From contig CAVTWS010000024.1 in assembly GCA_963738445.1 (NCBI GenBank), positions 178,439-242,438 on the forward strand: DNA of 64,000 nt, written 5' to 3'. Both the position numbers and the translations under genes were made by a program. Of the stretch, positions 29,849 to 40,714 are shown in pieces. The notes below the pieces were generated by a model. It was not told the DNA's origin. It ran no database searches and was given only the letters and a program-made list of their open reading frames with translations. The stretch comes from an uncultured Acidobacteriota bacterium. GTDB taxonomy: Bacteria > Actinomycetota > Acidimicrobiia > Acidimicrobiales > SHLQ01. Each line of letters opens with the position of its first letter. Positions within the stretch are counted from its first letter, which is position 1.

Positions 29849-30772
29849 TCACCTCGGACCGAGCGAGGGTGCCAGGTAGGCCAGCATGTCCGGGTGGGCG
29901 CGATGCCAGTACGCCTGGTCACGGCAGCCCACCTCGATGCCTCCGACGGGAGCGACGGGAAACGCCGCTCGAAATCGCTCGACCTCGTCCGCGAACGGGT
30001 CCTCGTCGCCACAGGTGACCCGATACGGCACCTGTTCCAGCAGGCCGATCCGGTCGAACGCATCGAGGCGTTCGTACTCGGCTTCGTCGGCGTAGTACCC
30101 GTCGACCTCATCCCACCTCGAGAACAGGGCGGGCGAAGTCGACGCCACTGCGGTGACACGTTCGATCCCCAGTCGCTCGAGCAACAAGATCGCCCCGTAC
30201 CCGCCCGAGCCCCAACCGTAGAGCGCGACACGTTCGTTCGAGAGCCCGAGGTCCGCGATGACCGGGAGCAGACCCTCGACGATCATCGACTGGGGACGCT
30301 CACCGTCCGGGCGGTCGAACCAAAGGGTGGGCCCGCCGTCGGCCACCGCGAGCACAAATGGCGGAAGCCCCAGGGCGACGGCGGCCGCCTGGAATCGGTC
30401 GAGACCGTGGTTGGGTTCGAAGGCGTGCGCGGCGAAACCCTGGACCCCGTGCAAGACGACGATGACACCCAAGTTCGTGCTGGATCCGGGCGTGTGCCCG
30501 GGCGGGTAGGACACGATCCATTCCGACGGCTCGGGGCGCCACCCCCCATCGAGCTCGCCATATACCTTCTGCCCGACCTCGACATCGGGGAGGCCGGGAT
30601 CGTCGCCGCACGACCCGAGCGCCCGGCGTACCCGCGCCGACACCGGCAGCTCCACACCGGCCGCGGCCGCGCCGACGTATGCGCCCCCGGCGGCGAGGAC
30701 CCCGCCGCCGACCGCCAACAGTCGGCGGCGGGTGATGAGCCGTGGTCGCGCCATCTCGGCTGATCCGTCCAT
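29849..30772 (-). CDS. Putative esterase (alpha/beta-hydrolase, esterase-D-like) with a Tat signal.
   Basis: RRRLLAVGGGVLAAGGAYV twin-arginine signal and GWGSGG nucleophile elbow. Confidence 0.75.
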   Translation of the reverse strand: MDGSAEMARPRLITRRRLLAVGGGVLAAGGAYVGAAAAGVELPVSARVRRALGSCGDDPGLPDVEVGQKVYGELDGGWRPEPSEWIVSYPPGHTPGSSTNLGVIVVLHGVQGFAAHAFEPNHGLDRFQAAAVALGLPPFVLAVADGGPTLWFDRPDGERPQSMIVEGLLPVIADLGLSNERVALYGWGSGGYGAILLLERLGIERVTAVASTSPALFSRWDEVDGYYADEAEYERLDAFDRIGLLEQVPYRVTCGDEDPFADEVERFRAAFPVAPVGGIEVGCRDQAYWHRAHPDMLAYLAPSLGPR

Positions 30773-30958
30773 TGCCGTCACCGTAGCGAGCGAGACACGC
30801 CGGGTTCCCACCTCCGGCCTGACGAACAGAAAGTCCTTGACGGCACCACCGGGCGGGTGTTCGATCAGAAGTGGTGGGGTTGACATGACACCACCAAAGG
30901 TGAGCCGGGAAGTCTGGTCGGCCGAGCCTCGACAACGTGTCCGGGCCCGAAATCCAAC

Positions 30959-33031
30959 GTGAGGAACCCCATGCTCATCCTGATCGGCGTGATCGCTCTT
31001 GTCGCGATCGTCTTCGCTTTGAAGTCGCTCGTCTTGGTCGGACCGGCCCAGGTCGGTCTGGTCAACAAGCGGCTCGCCTTCAAACGCCTGAAGAATGACG
31101 ACCCCATCGGCTTCCACGGCGAAGCCGGGTATCAAGCCGAGCTGCTCATGCCGGGCCTGCGATTCAAGCTCTGGCCCGTCTACGCCGTCCAGCGCCACCC
31201 GTGGGTGCAGGTTCCGGCTGGCGAGATCGGCGTCGTGATCGCCCAGCTCGGCGCATCCCTGCCCATCGGCGCCAAGAGCGCGGTGTACCGGCCCGAGTTG
31301 GCCAACTTCTCCGACCTGCCGGGGTTCCTCGCCCACGGTGGTCAAAAGGGTGTGCAGCGTCCCGTCCTCGCCCCGGGCACCCTGCTCCCGATCCATCCCG
31401 TCGGTTTCCTCGTGATGACGGCCTCCAACATCTACGGCGTCCCCATCTCGTCGGACCTCGGGGTGTCTCGCAAGCAGGGTCTCAGCCCCGAGTCGTTCGG
31501 CCTTACCGCCGACCAGCTCCGGGTCACGGTCATCGCGCCCCAAGCCGGGCAGGACGTCGTCGGCATCGTCACCGCACTCGAGGGCGAGCCCCTCGAGTCG
31601 GGCGACATCGCCAGCCGGCTCGGCGGTTTCGCCGACGTGGTGCGGATGGAAGCCGACGGTTCGATGGACGCTCAGGTGATCGAGGTGCTCCTGGGTTCCA
31701 AGAACCAGCTGCACAACAACTACCAGGACTTCCAGGCCTTCATGGACAAGGGCGGGCGCATGGGCCTGCAGCACGATCCGATGCTGTACGGCGCGTACCT
31801 GCTCAACCCGTTCCTGGTCCGGGTCGAGCTCGTGCCGATGCTCGTCGTGAAGCAGGGCGAGGTGGCCGTCATCAAGTCCTTCGTGGGACTGCCCACGCTC
31901 GACACGTCAGGCGAGGAGTTCAAGTTCGGCTCGATCGTCCGCCCCGGTCACCGTGGCATCTGGCAGGAGCCCCTGCGCACGGGCAAGTTCCCGATCAACC
32001 CTCGTTGTTACGCGGCCGAGATCGTGCCCACCAGCATCCTCACGCTGAACTGGGCCGCCGCGGTGTCGCAGGCTCACAACCTCGATGCCCACCTGTCACC
32101 CATCGAGGGCAAGAGCCGCGAGGGTTTCGTGTTCCGGATCGACCTGCAGGTCCAGATCCACGTGCCCGACACGAAGGCGCCCAAGGTGATCTCCATGGTG
32201 GGCACCATGCAGAACCTGGTCAACGAGGTGCTGCAGTCCGCCGTGGGCAACCACTTCCGCAACACGCTCCAGCGTTTGGAGGCGATCAGTTTCATCGAGA
32301 CCCGTGATGCGGTCCAGCGGTCGGCGCTCGAAGCGATCACCGGCTACCTCGCCGCCTACGAGGTCGAGACCAAAGGCGTCTACATCCAGGACGTCGAGTT
32401 CCCGGCCGAGCTGGTCCAGGTGCTGACCCAGCGCGAGATCGCCAAGCAGGAGAAGGCGACGTTCGAGGAGCAGCAGCGGGCCCAGACCGCCCGGGTCGAG
32501 ATGGAGAAGGCGCGAGGCACGGCCGACATGCAGGGCCAGCTCGCGGAATCCCAGGTGAGCATCGAGATCAACCGCAACGACGCCGAGGCCCGGACCGCCC
32601 AGGGCCAGGGCGAGGCGAGCTACGTGGAGCTGACCGGTCGGGCCGAGGCGGCTCGTCGGGAGGCGATCGGCCTGGCCGAGGCCAAGGCGACCGAGGCCCT
32701 CGGGTTGGCGCGGGCCGAAGGTTTCGAGGCGCAGCGCATCGCGATCGGCGAGACGGCCACCGCCCTGGTGGCGATCTCCAGCGCCATCAGCGAGGGTCAC
32801 ATCCAGGTGGTGCCCGATGTGCTGGTCACGGGAGGCGGAGGATCGATCGAGGGCCTGGCCGCCTCGCTCATCGGTTCGTTGCGCGGCAAGAACGGCCGAG
32901 GCGGCAGCGCCCCGACCGTTCCCACCGATGCCCCGGCCGACGCGCCCGCCACGGGCGCGGAGATCGTGTCGGCGATCGCCGCGGTCGCGTCCGGGGAGCT
33001 GCCCCGGTCGGAGCGAACCGTGGCGGACTGA
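30959..33031 (+). CDS. Flotillin-like SPFH/band-7 domain protein, 690 aa, with an N-terminal TM helix and a C-terminal coiled-coil/EA-rich region.
   Basis: Intact ORF. GAGGAACCCC sits before the ATG. The SPFH core is followed by EIAKQEKATFEEQQRAQTARVEMEKARG... Confidence 0.85.
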   Translation: MRNPMLILIGVIALVAIVFALKSLVLVGPAQVGLVNKRLAFKRLKNDDPIGFHGEAGYQAELLMPGLRFKLWPVYAVQRHPWVQVPAGEIGVVIAQLGASLPIGAKSAVYRPELANFSDLPGFLAHGGQKGVQRPVLAPGTLLPIHPVGFLVMTASNIYGVPISSDLGVSRKQGLSPESFGLTADQLRVTVIAPQAGQDVVGIVTALEGEPLESGDIASRLGGFADVVRMEADGSMDAQVIEVLLGSKNQLHNNYQDFQAFMDKGGRMGLQHDPMLYGAYLLNPFLVRVELVPMLVVKQGEVAVIKSFVGLPTLDTSGEEFKFGSIVRPGHRGIWQEPLRTGKFPINPRCYAAEIVPTSILTLNWAAAVSQAHNLDAHLSPIEGKSREGFVFRIDLQVQIHVPDTKAPKVISMVGTMQNLVNEVLQSAVGNHFRNTLQRLEAISFIETRDAVQRSALEAITGYLAAYEVETKGVYIQDVEFPAELVQVLTQREIAKQEKATFEEQQRAQTARVEMEKARGTADMQGQLAESQVSIEINRNDAEARTAQGQGEASYVELTGRAEAARREAIGLAEAKATEALGLARAEGFEAQRIAIGETATALVAISSAISEGHIQVVPDVLVTGGGGSIEGLAASLIGSLRGKNGRGGSAPTVPTDAPADAPATGAEIVSAIAAVASGELPRSERTVAD

Positions 33032-33043
33032 CGGCGGTCCGGT

Positions 33044-33520
33044 TCAGCGTCCGAGGAGCTCGTCGAGCCGCTCGTACCCCTCGACGACTCCGGTCTCCAT
33101 GCCCGAGGCGACGAACGCATCGCGATCCTCGAAGGAATCGACGAGCGATGTTGCGGTCAACAGGGTCCGCCCACCGGGGAGCTCGGTCAGGGCCAGCTTC
33201 TCGAGGGCCACGCCATCCGGCATGCCCTCGAACGTGAAGGTCTGCACGATGAGACTCGACGGCCGCACCTCGTGGAAGCAACCGTTGAAGCCGTACTCCT
33301 CGCCGTCGCGCGAGTGCACGTAGCGGTACGAGCCCCCGGTGCGGCAGTCCCAGATGTCGACCCGCATCTCGAGGTCGCGTGGACCGAGCCACTGAACGAC
33401 GAGCGCCGGGTCGACGTGGGCCTGGAAAACCGCCTCGGGCGGCGCGTCGAACTGGCGAAGGATCCGGACGAGCGGGACCTTGGTATCGACGATGATCTCG
33501 GTGTCTCGGGTGGTGGTCAT
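33044..33520 (-). CDS. SRPBCC family protein (AHSA1-like).
   Basis: AGGAGG lies upstream of the ATG at 33520. The ORF is intact and ends 24 nt after the ArsR stop. Confidence 0.8.
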   Translation of the reverse strand: MTTTRDTEIIVDTKVPLVRILRQFDAPPEAVFQAHVDPALVVQWLGPRDLEMRVDIWDCRTGGSYRYVHSRDGEEYGFNGCFHEVRPSSLIVQTFTFEGMPDGVALEKLALTELPGGRTLLTATSLVDSFEDRDAFVASGMETGVVEGYERLDELLGR

Positions 33521-33543
33521 GGGGTGCCTCCTGTTGGTCGGGC

Positions 33544-33912
33544 TCATGGTGTGGTGTCGGGGATGGACGGGGACTCGGTCCCGGAACGGGTGCGGAGGAG
33601 ATCGTCGAGGCGCCGGTAGCGCTCCTCGGCCTGGCGCCGGTATCGCTCGATCCACGCCGTCATGAGGTCGAACACCTGCGCCTCGAGGTGCACCGGTCGA
33701 CGTTGGGCTTCACGACGACGGGAGACGAGCCCCGCGTCCTCGAGCACCCGGAGATGTTTGGACACGGCCTGCAGACTGACGTCGTACGGTTCGGCCAGTT
33801 CGCCGACCGATGCATCACCGTCGGCCAAGCGGCCCACCATGTCTCTCCGGATCGGGTCCGCCAACGCGGCGAACACCTGGGACAACGGGTCTGGTGCAGC
33901 ACTGGCTCCCAC
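33544..33912 (-). CDS. ArsR/SmtB-family transcriptional regulator.
   Basis: FAALADPIRRDMVGRLADGDASVGELAEPYDVSLQAVSKHLRVLEDAGLV. Confidence 0.85.
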   Translation of the reverse strand: MGASAAPDPLSQVFAALADPIRRDMVGRLADGDASVGELAEPYDVSLQAVSKHLRVLEDAGLVSRRREAQRRPVHLEAQVFDLMTAWIERYRRQAEERYRRLDDLLRTRSGTESPSIPDTTP

Positions 33913-33987
33913 CTCGACGATCCTCGTTTCTCGGACGATTCTCCCTGGCCGTTCTTCGACCAGGCCGGTCCGTTCATCTACCGGTCA

Positions 33988-34048
33988 TCAACCAGTTGGT
34001 TGAGGACAACGTACGGCAGCCCTTCTGCTTTGTCAACCTATCGGTTGA
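33988..34048. promoter_or_regulatory. Two palindromic sites, TCAACCA-gt-TGGTTGA (33988-34003) and TCAACC-tatc-GGTTGA (34033-34048). They are candidate ArsR operators between arsR and addB.
   Basis: Perfect 6-7 bp arms repeated 45 bp apart in a 195-bp divergent intergenic region. Confidence 0.55.
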
Positions 34049-34106
34049 TAATGAGTGACGGACGCTCGCCGCTCGGGTTGCGTGTCATACGGCTCGCCTA
34101 CCCTTC

Positions 34107-37100
34107 GTGATGGTGATCGAACGTGTGGAGATCGTGCGCCACGGCGCCGAGGCGACCGCGGCCCTGCGCGCCCGCGTGGCGGCGGTGCAGGCCGACCGCC
34201 CGCTGGCGCCGGTCACCGTGGTGGTCCCCTCGAACTTCGCCGGGCTGGCGGCCCGTCACTCGCTGGGTCGCCACGGGGTGGCCAACGTCGGGTTCGTCAC
34301 CCCGTTCCGCCTGGCCGAGCTGCTCAGCACCGACATCCTCCTCGACTCCCGCCCCCTGACCAACCCGGTGCTGGGCGCCGCGGTTCGGGCCGCGCTCGCC
34401 CACGATCCCGGACCCTTCGCGGCGTCGGCCCGCCACCGCGCGACCGAGGCGAGCGTCGCCTCGCTCTTCAGCGAGCTGTCCCATCTGCCGGCACCGGTCC
34501 GCGCCCAGCTCCGGGCCGGGGGCGGCACCCCCGGGCGCGCCGTCGCCCTGGTGGAATCGATCTCCGCCCGCCTCGGCCCGTTCCACCAAGAGTCGGACAT
34601 CGCCGGCGCAGCCGCAGCTCGCCCGGATCTCGCCGACACGCTGCGCCCGCTCGGTCACATCATCTGGTTCCTCCCGAACCCGCCGCTGACGGCACCCCTC
34701 ACCCGGTTGATCGGTGCGGTGCTCCGGGCCGCGCCGTCCACCGCGCTGGTCGCGCTCACTGGGGTCCTCGCTGCCGACACTCCCGTCATCGAGCTGTGCC
34801 GACGCGTGGGAGTCACCGTCGAGTCGGCCCGTGGTCTCGCCCCTCCGGTGGCCGACACTATCGTGTCGGTCACCGACGCCGACGAGGAGATCCGCACCGT
34901 CGTCCGGCGGGTCGTGGCGGTCGCCGAGCAGGGGGTGAGCCTCGACCGGGTGGCGGTCCTCTACCCCTCACCCGACCCCTATGCGGCGCTGCTCGAACGC
35001 CACCTCGCCGATGCCGGCCTCCCCGCCAACGGCCCGGCCCGGCGGTCCCTCGCGTCGACCGTCCCCGGGCGCACGCTCCTGGCCGCCCTCGACCTTCCCG
35101 GCCAGCGGTGGCGACGCGATCGGGTCATGGCGCTGATCAGCGACGCCCCCGTCATGGCCGGCGCCCGCCTCGGCCGCCCGGGCGCCTGGGAGCTGTTGAC
35201 GCGCGAGGCGGGGATCGTGGCCGGCCGGAAGGACTGGCCGACCAAGCTGGGCAGCTATCGGGATCGTCTCCTCCGCCGAGCCGAACGCATCGCGTCGGGC
35301 GAGCTGGCCGAGCCGATCGAACCGATCCGGCGAACCGTCGTCGACATCGACGAACTCCTCGAGATCGTCATCGGTCTGATGTCGCGCCTCGACACCGTCG
35401 ACCGCTCCTCGTCCTGGGCGGCGAAGGCGGCCGCCGCACACGACCTCCTGGATCACCTCCTCGGATCCGGACACACCCATGGGTGGTGGCCGGAGGCCGA
35501 GCAGGAGGCCTTCGAACGGGTCGAGGACTCCGTCGCCCGTCTCGCCGCACTCGACGACATCGATCCACAGCCGTCCACCGAGGTGTTCGGACGAGCCCTC
35601 GCCGCCGAGCTCGACTCCCCGGCGGGGCGTCGAGGCCGGTTCGGGCACGGTGTGTTCTACGGGCCCCTCGAGACCGCGGTCGGCCTCGATCTCGACGCCG
35701 TCTTCGTCGTCGGGCTGACGGAAGGTCTGTGCCCCCGGATGCCGCGCCGAGGATGCGATCCTCCCCGATTCCGTCCGCGCCCGAGTCGGCGGGCTCCTGC
35801 CGTTGCGAGCCGAGCAGCTCGACCACCAACACCATGCGTTCCTGGCCGCCCTCGCCTCGGCGCCCGAGGGCGGTCGCACCATCACCTTCCCGCGCGGCGA
35901 CCTGCGCCGCAGCCGCACGTCGATCCCGTCGCGCTGGCTGCTGGCCTCGGCCAGCGCACGCGCCGGGCGGCCCGTCCACGCCACCGATCTCGATCGGCTC
36001 GACCTCCACCTCGTGACTGTCGTGTCATCACACGTCGCCGGGATCACCGACGATGTCGAGCCTCTCGACCTCATCGAGCGGGACCTCGCCGAGCTCTGGC
36101 ACCATCATCGTCAAATCGGGCCGGTCGACTCTCATCCGGTAGCCCACCCCTTCCGCCGCGGCTTGGCGGCGAGCGCCGCCCGTCGTTCGGTCGCGTTCAC
36201 GGAGTGGGACGGCAACCTCGGGGCGGCCATCTCGCTCCCGACCACGCCCCTGTCGCCGACACGACTCGAGTCGTGGGCCAGCTGCGGGTTCCGCTACTTC
36301 CTGGCGCACGTGCTCGGCCTCACCGACCGCGACGATCCCGAGCGCGTCCTCGACCTCTCGGCCCTCGATCGCGGTTCGGCCGTCCACGAGACCCTCGAAC
36401 GGTTCATCGCCGAGGCGCTCCCGGACCCTCCCGCACCCGACCAGCCGTGGTCGCCCGCCCAGCGGGAACGGGCCCATGAGCTGGCCCGGGAGGTCTTCGC
36501 AGAGCTACGAGATCCGGGGCCGGACCGGGCGGGCCCTGCGATGGCAATCGGTCCGGGCGGATCTGCTGGCCGGGATCGACGAGTTCCTCGACGTCGAGGA
36601 ACGTCACCGGTCCGCCACCTCGTCGGTCCCGATCGCGGTCGAGCTGCGGTTCGGCCTGGGCGAGACACCACCGGTCGTCCTCACCCTTCCGTCGGGCCGC
36701 GATCTGGCCTTTCGGGGCGTGGCCGACCGCATCGACCGGGCGACCAGTGGCGAGATCTTCGTGTCCGACTACAAGACCGGTCGCGGCGACCGCTACACCG
36801 CCTTGGACCGGGACCCGTTCGGGGCCGGCACCACCTTGCAGCTCGGGTCTGTACGCCGAAGCCGCCGTCCAGCTGCTCGGCGCGCCCGCCACGTCGAGCC
36901 ACTACTGGATGGTGGAACCCGTGGTGCCTTCCGACGCTACGGGTACCGCTGGGATCACGCGCTCCGCGAGCGGTTCGTCGATGTGCTGCAGACCATCGTC
37001 GACGGCATCGACCACGGCGCGTTCCCGGCCGTGCCCGGCGAGTGGTCGAACTTCTTCTCGACCCACGACAACTGCCGGTATTGCGAGTTCGACGTGATCT

Positions 37101-37201
37101 GTCCCGCGGATCGTGGTGAGCACGCCGAGGTGAAGGTCGACGCGCCGGAGATCCGCGGCCGCCGCCGGCTCGCGCCGTCCCCCGATGGAGGCCCGGCATG
37201 A
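34107..37201 (+). CDS. AddB/RexB-like helicase-nuclease subunit with a C-terminal PD-(D/E)xK nuclease and an Fe-S cysteine cluster. The frame is broken at least 4 times.
   Basis: Frames switch 0 to 1 near 35760, 1 to 2 near 36520, 2 to 0 near 36840, and back near 36950. The C-terminus has SDYKTGRGD...CRYCEFDVICP. Confidence 0.7.
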
Positions 37202-40200
37202 ACGAGCCGATCGTGGACGAGCCGATCGTCGACCACGCGATGCGGGAGCGACCCGCCGATCAGGCCACGCGCGATCGCATCAGCCGCACCGCGCTCGGCA
37301 GCACGCTGTTCGTCGAGGCGGGCGCCGGTACGGGCAAGACCACCCAGCTCGTCGACCGCATCGCGCAACCTCGTGCTGCACCGAGGGCGCGCGGCTGTCG
37401 TCGATCGCCGCCATCACGTTCACCGAGGCAGCCGCGGCCGAGCTCGCCGACCCGGATCCGCGTGTCGTTTCGAACGGGCGTCGGCAACGCGGCGGGGGCC
37501 CGAGGTCGAGCGATGCCGAACGGCTCTCGCCGACCCCGACCTGGCGGCCATCTCGACCCTGCACGGCTTCGCCAGCCGGATCCTGGGCGAGTTCGCGGTG
37601 GCGGCCGGCCTGCCGCCCCGGGTCCACGTCCTCGACGAGGTCTCCTCGCAGCTCGCCCACGAGCAGCGGTGGGAGCGCTTCGTCGACCGCCTGTACGACG
37701 ACCCCGATCACGACCCGGTCCTCACGTGCGCCACCGTGCTCGACATCCCGCTCGAGCCCACCTACCCCGGCGAATCCACCCTCAAGGACGTCGCCTCGCA
37801 CCTGACCCAGAACTGGGATCGGCTCGGTCCCGTCGTCGCCACGGAGCTACCGGAGATCGTCCCCATCGATTTCGGTCCGTTCGACGGGCGGTGGCGGCCG
37901 TCGCCGGGTTGCCGGGGCAGTGCACCGACCCCGACGACACGCTGCTGTCAAGCTCCGCGCACCGGCTCCCGACCTCGCCGCCATCGTCGAGGTCGACGAC
38001 CACGATCGCAAGCTCCGGTTGCATCAAGGGACTCGATCCGCTGAAGGTCGGGAACTCCGGCCGCAAACAAGCGTGGCACGGCGACGTCAGCGCGGCCCGC
38101 GAGGTCATCGGCGCCGTCAACGATGCCGTCGGCGAGGTGGTGGCCGACGCCACCGATGTCGTGCTTCGACACCTGCTCGTCGCTCACCGCCCGTCGAGGT
38201 CCTCGACGCGGCGCCGACCGGCGCGCCGAGGGTGGGCTCGAGTTCCACGACCTGCTCGTGCTGGCCCGCGACCTGCTGCGCACCATCGCCCGACGCCCGG
38301 CGGCGCCTGCACGAGCGCTACACCCACCTGCTGCTCGACGAGTTCCAGGACACCGACCCCATCCAGATCGAGCTGGCCATGCTCATCGCCGCGTCGCTCG
38401 AACAGGGCCCTCCGGTCGACGACACTCCCGTCCCGTGGCAGCAACTGGCCGTCGACCCGGGCGGCTGTTCTTCGTCGGCGACCCGAAGCAGTCGATCTAC
38501 CGGTTCCGGCGGGCCGACATCGAGCTGTTCCTCGACGCCCGCGACCGATTCGGTCCCGACGGTGCGCTGGGAGCGGCTGACCACCAACTTCCGCACCGTC
38601 GCTCCGATCCTCGAGTGGGTCAACGAGCTGTTCGGCCGAGCTGATGGCCGAGGAGATGCCCGGGGCCCAGCCCCGATACCAGCCCGCTCGTCGCCCACCG
38701 CGACCCGCCGGCCCAGGAGCCGAACCACCGCCCGGTCCTGCTCGGCGGTCCGCACCCGGATCCCAAGGTGAGGGCGCGGCGCGCTCCGCGAGGCCGAGGC
38801 GGCCGATGTCGCCGCCGTGGTGGCTGACATCGCGGCTCACCCCGACGCGTGGCCGGTGCCGACGACGACCCGTCGGCTGGCGCCCCGCCAGCATGTCCGA
38901 CATCACGATCCTGGTCCCCACCCGCACGTCGCTGCCCTACCTGCGCCAGCGCGCTCGACGATGCCTCGCGTCCCCTACCGCCTCGCCACCGGCACCCTCG
39001 TCTACGACACCCAGGAGGTGCGGGATCTGCTCGCCGCGCTGCGGGCCATCGACGACCCGACCGACGAGCTGAGCCTGGTCGCCGCGCTGCGCTCGCCGCT
39101 CTACGCCTGCTCCGACGTCGACCTGTTCGCGTTCCACGCCGCCGGGGGGCGATGGGATCTGCGGCCGATCCTCCGGCGGACGGTGCCCGCCGACCATCCG
39201 GTCCGGTCGGGCCTCGGTCACCTCCGCGCCTGTGGCGTGACCGCTGGTGGCTCGACCCCGTCGGCCCTGCTCGATCGCCTCCTCGCCGAACGCCACGCCC
39301 GACCTCTGGCCTTCGGCGATCCGCGGCCCGCCGAGGTCTGGCGGCGCCTGCGGTTCCTCGTCGACCAGGCCCGGGCGTTCGAGGAGTCGAGCGCGCAGGG
39401 GCTTCGGGCCTTCCTCGACTGGGCCGACCTCCAACGCGCCGACGGCGCCCGCGTGCACGAGCCCCTGCTGCCCGAGACCGACGACGACGCCGTGCGGATC
39501 ATGACCATCCACGGCGCCAAGGGCCTCGAGTTCCCGATCACCATCCTGTCCGGCATGACCACGGCCCGGGCCGGTCGGCGCGCCGGACCGTCGATCGTGT
39601 GGGGCCCCGGTGACCGTCCCGAGGTGTCGATGTCGTCGGCGACGCGCACCCGCGAGTCACGACCCCCGGGCCGATATCGAGGACTGAGATGGACGAGCAC
39701 GAGAAGCTGCGGCTGTTGTACGTGGCCCTGACCCGGGCGCGCGACCACCTCATCGTCTCCTGCCACCACAAGATCAACGCCGCGTGCCAGGCCAAGGTGA
39801 TCTGGGATCACAGCTGCGAACGCCCGACGTTGTGGCGTCACTCGCCCGACTCCGATGCGTCGTCCTCGCTCGGTTCCCCGACCGCGGATCGGGCCGACGA
39901 GGGCCCGGCGCCGGTGGTGGGTCAGCTGTCGCTCCCGTTGTCGGCCGCCGCCTCGCCGGTCGAGTCGCGCGACCGCTGGCTCCGCCGGCGCGCCGCACTC
40001 GTGACGACCAGCGAACGCCGCCGCATCGTCTCGGCCACCGCGCTGGCCCGCGCGTCAGCCAACACCGCGCTGGCCAGAGAGTCAGCTGAGTTCGACGATC
40101 CCTCGAACGACGAGATCGACCTGGCCGATCTCGATCCTGTCGCGACCGGCACCCCCGCGGTGCGACCGCGGCGCCGCGGGCGGGCCGGCTCGGCGATCGG

Positions 40201-40714
40201 GCGCGCCGTGCACGCCACCCTCCAGGCGCTCGATCTCGGAGCCCCGATCGACATCGAGCGCCAGGTTCGCCGCCAGTGCGACATCGAGGCCATCCCCGAC
40301 CTCGCCGACACCGCGGAGGCCATGGTGCGTTCGGCCCTCGCCTCCGAGGCGCTCTCGTTGGCCACGGTCCATGCCCACCACCAGGAGTTGTACGTCGCGG
40401 CGCCGGTCGGCGACCAGGTGGTCGAGGGGTATGTCGATCTCCTCATCGAGACCCCCGATGGTCTCGTCATCGTCGACTACAAGACCGACCACGCGTCCTC
40501 TGCCACCGAGATCGACACCAAGATGGCCGCGTACGAACGTCAGGGTGCGGCCTATGCGCTGGTGCTCGAATCCGTCACCGGCTCGCCCGTCACCGACTGC
40601 CGGTTCGTGTTCTGCCGACCTCGCGGCGCGATCGAACGCCATGTGGAGGATCTGCCCCGCAAGGTGGCCGAGCTCCGCCGCGACATCGCCGCCACCGCGC
40701 CGCTCACGAGCTGA
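37198..40714 (+). CDS. AddA/RexA/UvrD-like helicase-nuclease subunit. The frame is broken at least 6 times.
   Basis: GAGTGKTTQLV (Walker A), AITFTEAAAAEL, TLHGFASRIL, LLLDEFQDTDPIQ, FFVGDPKQSIYRFRRADIELF, IMTIHGAKGLEFP and LLYVALTRARD. C-terminal nuclease VDLLIETPDGLVIVDYKTD. These motifs are spread across all three frames. The start overlaps the addB stop as ATGA. Confidence 0.7.

Noticed and set aside
30880-30910. TTGACA hexamer as the flotillin -35 promoter element.
   Set aside because: There is no convincing TAnnnT -10 element at 16-18 bp spacing. High-GC actinobacterial promoters rarely match the E. coli consensus, so this is left as an uncalled note only.
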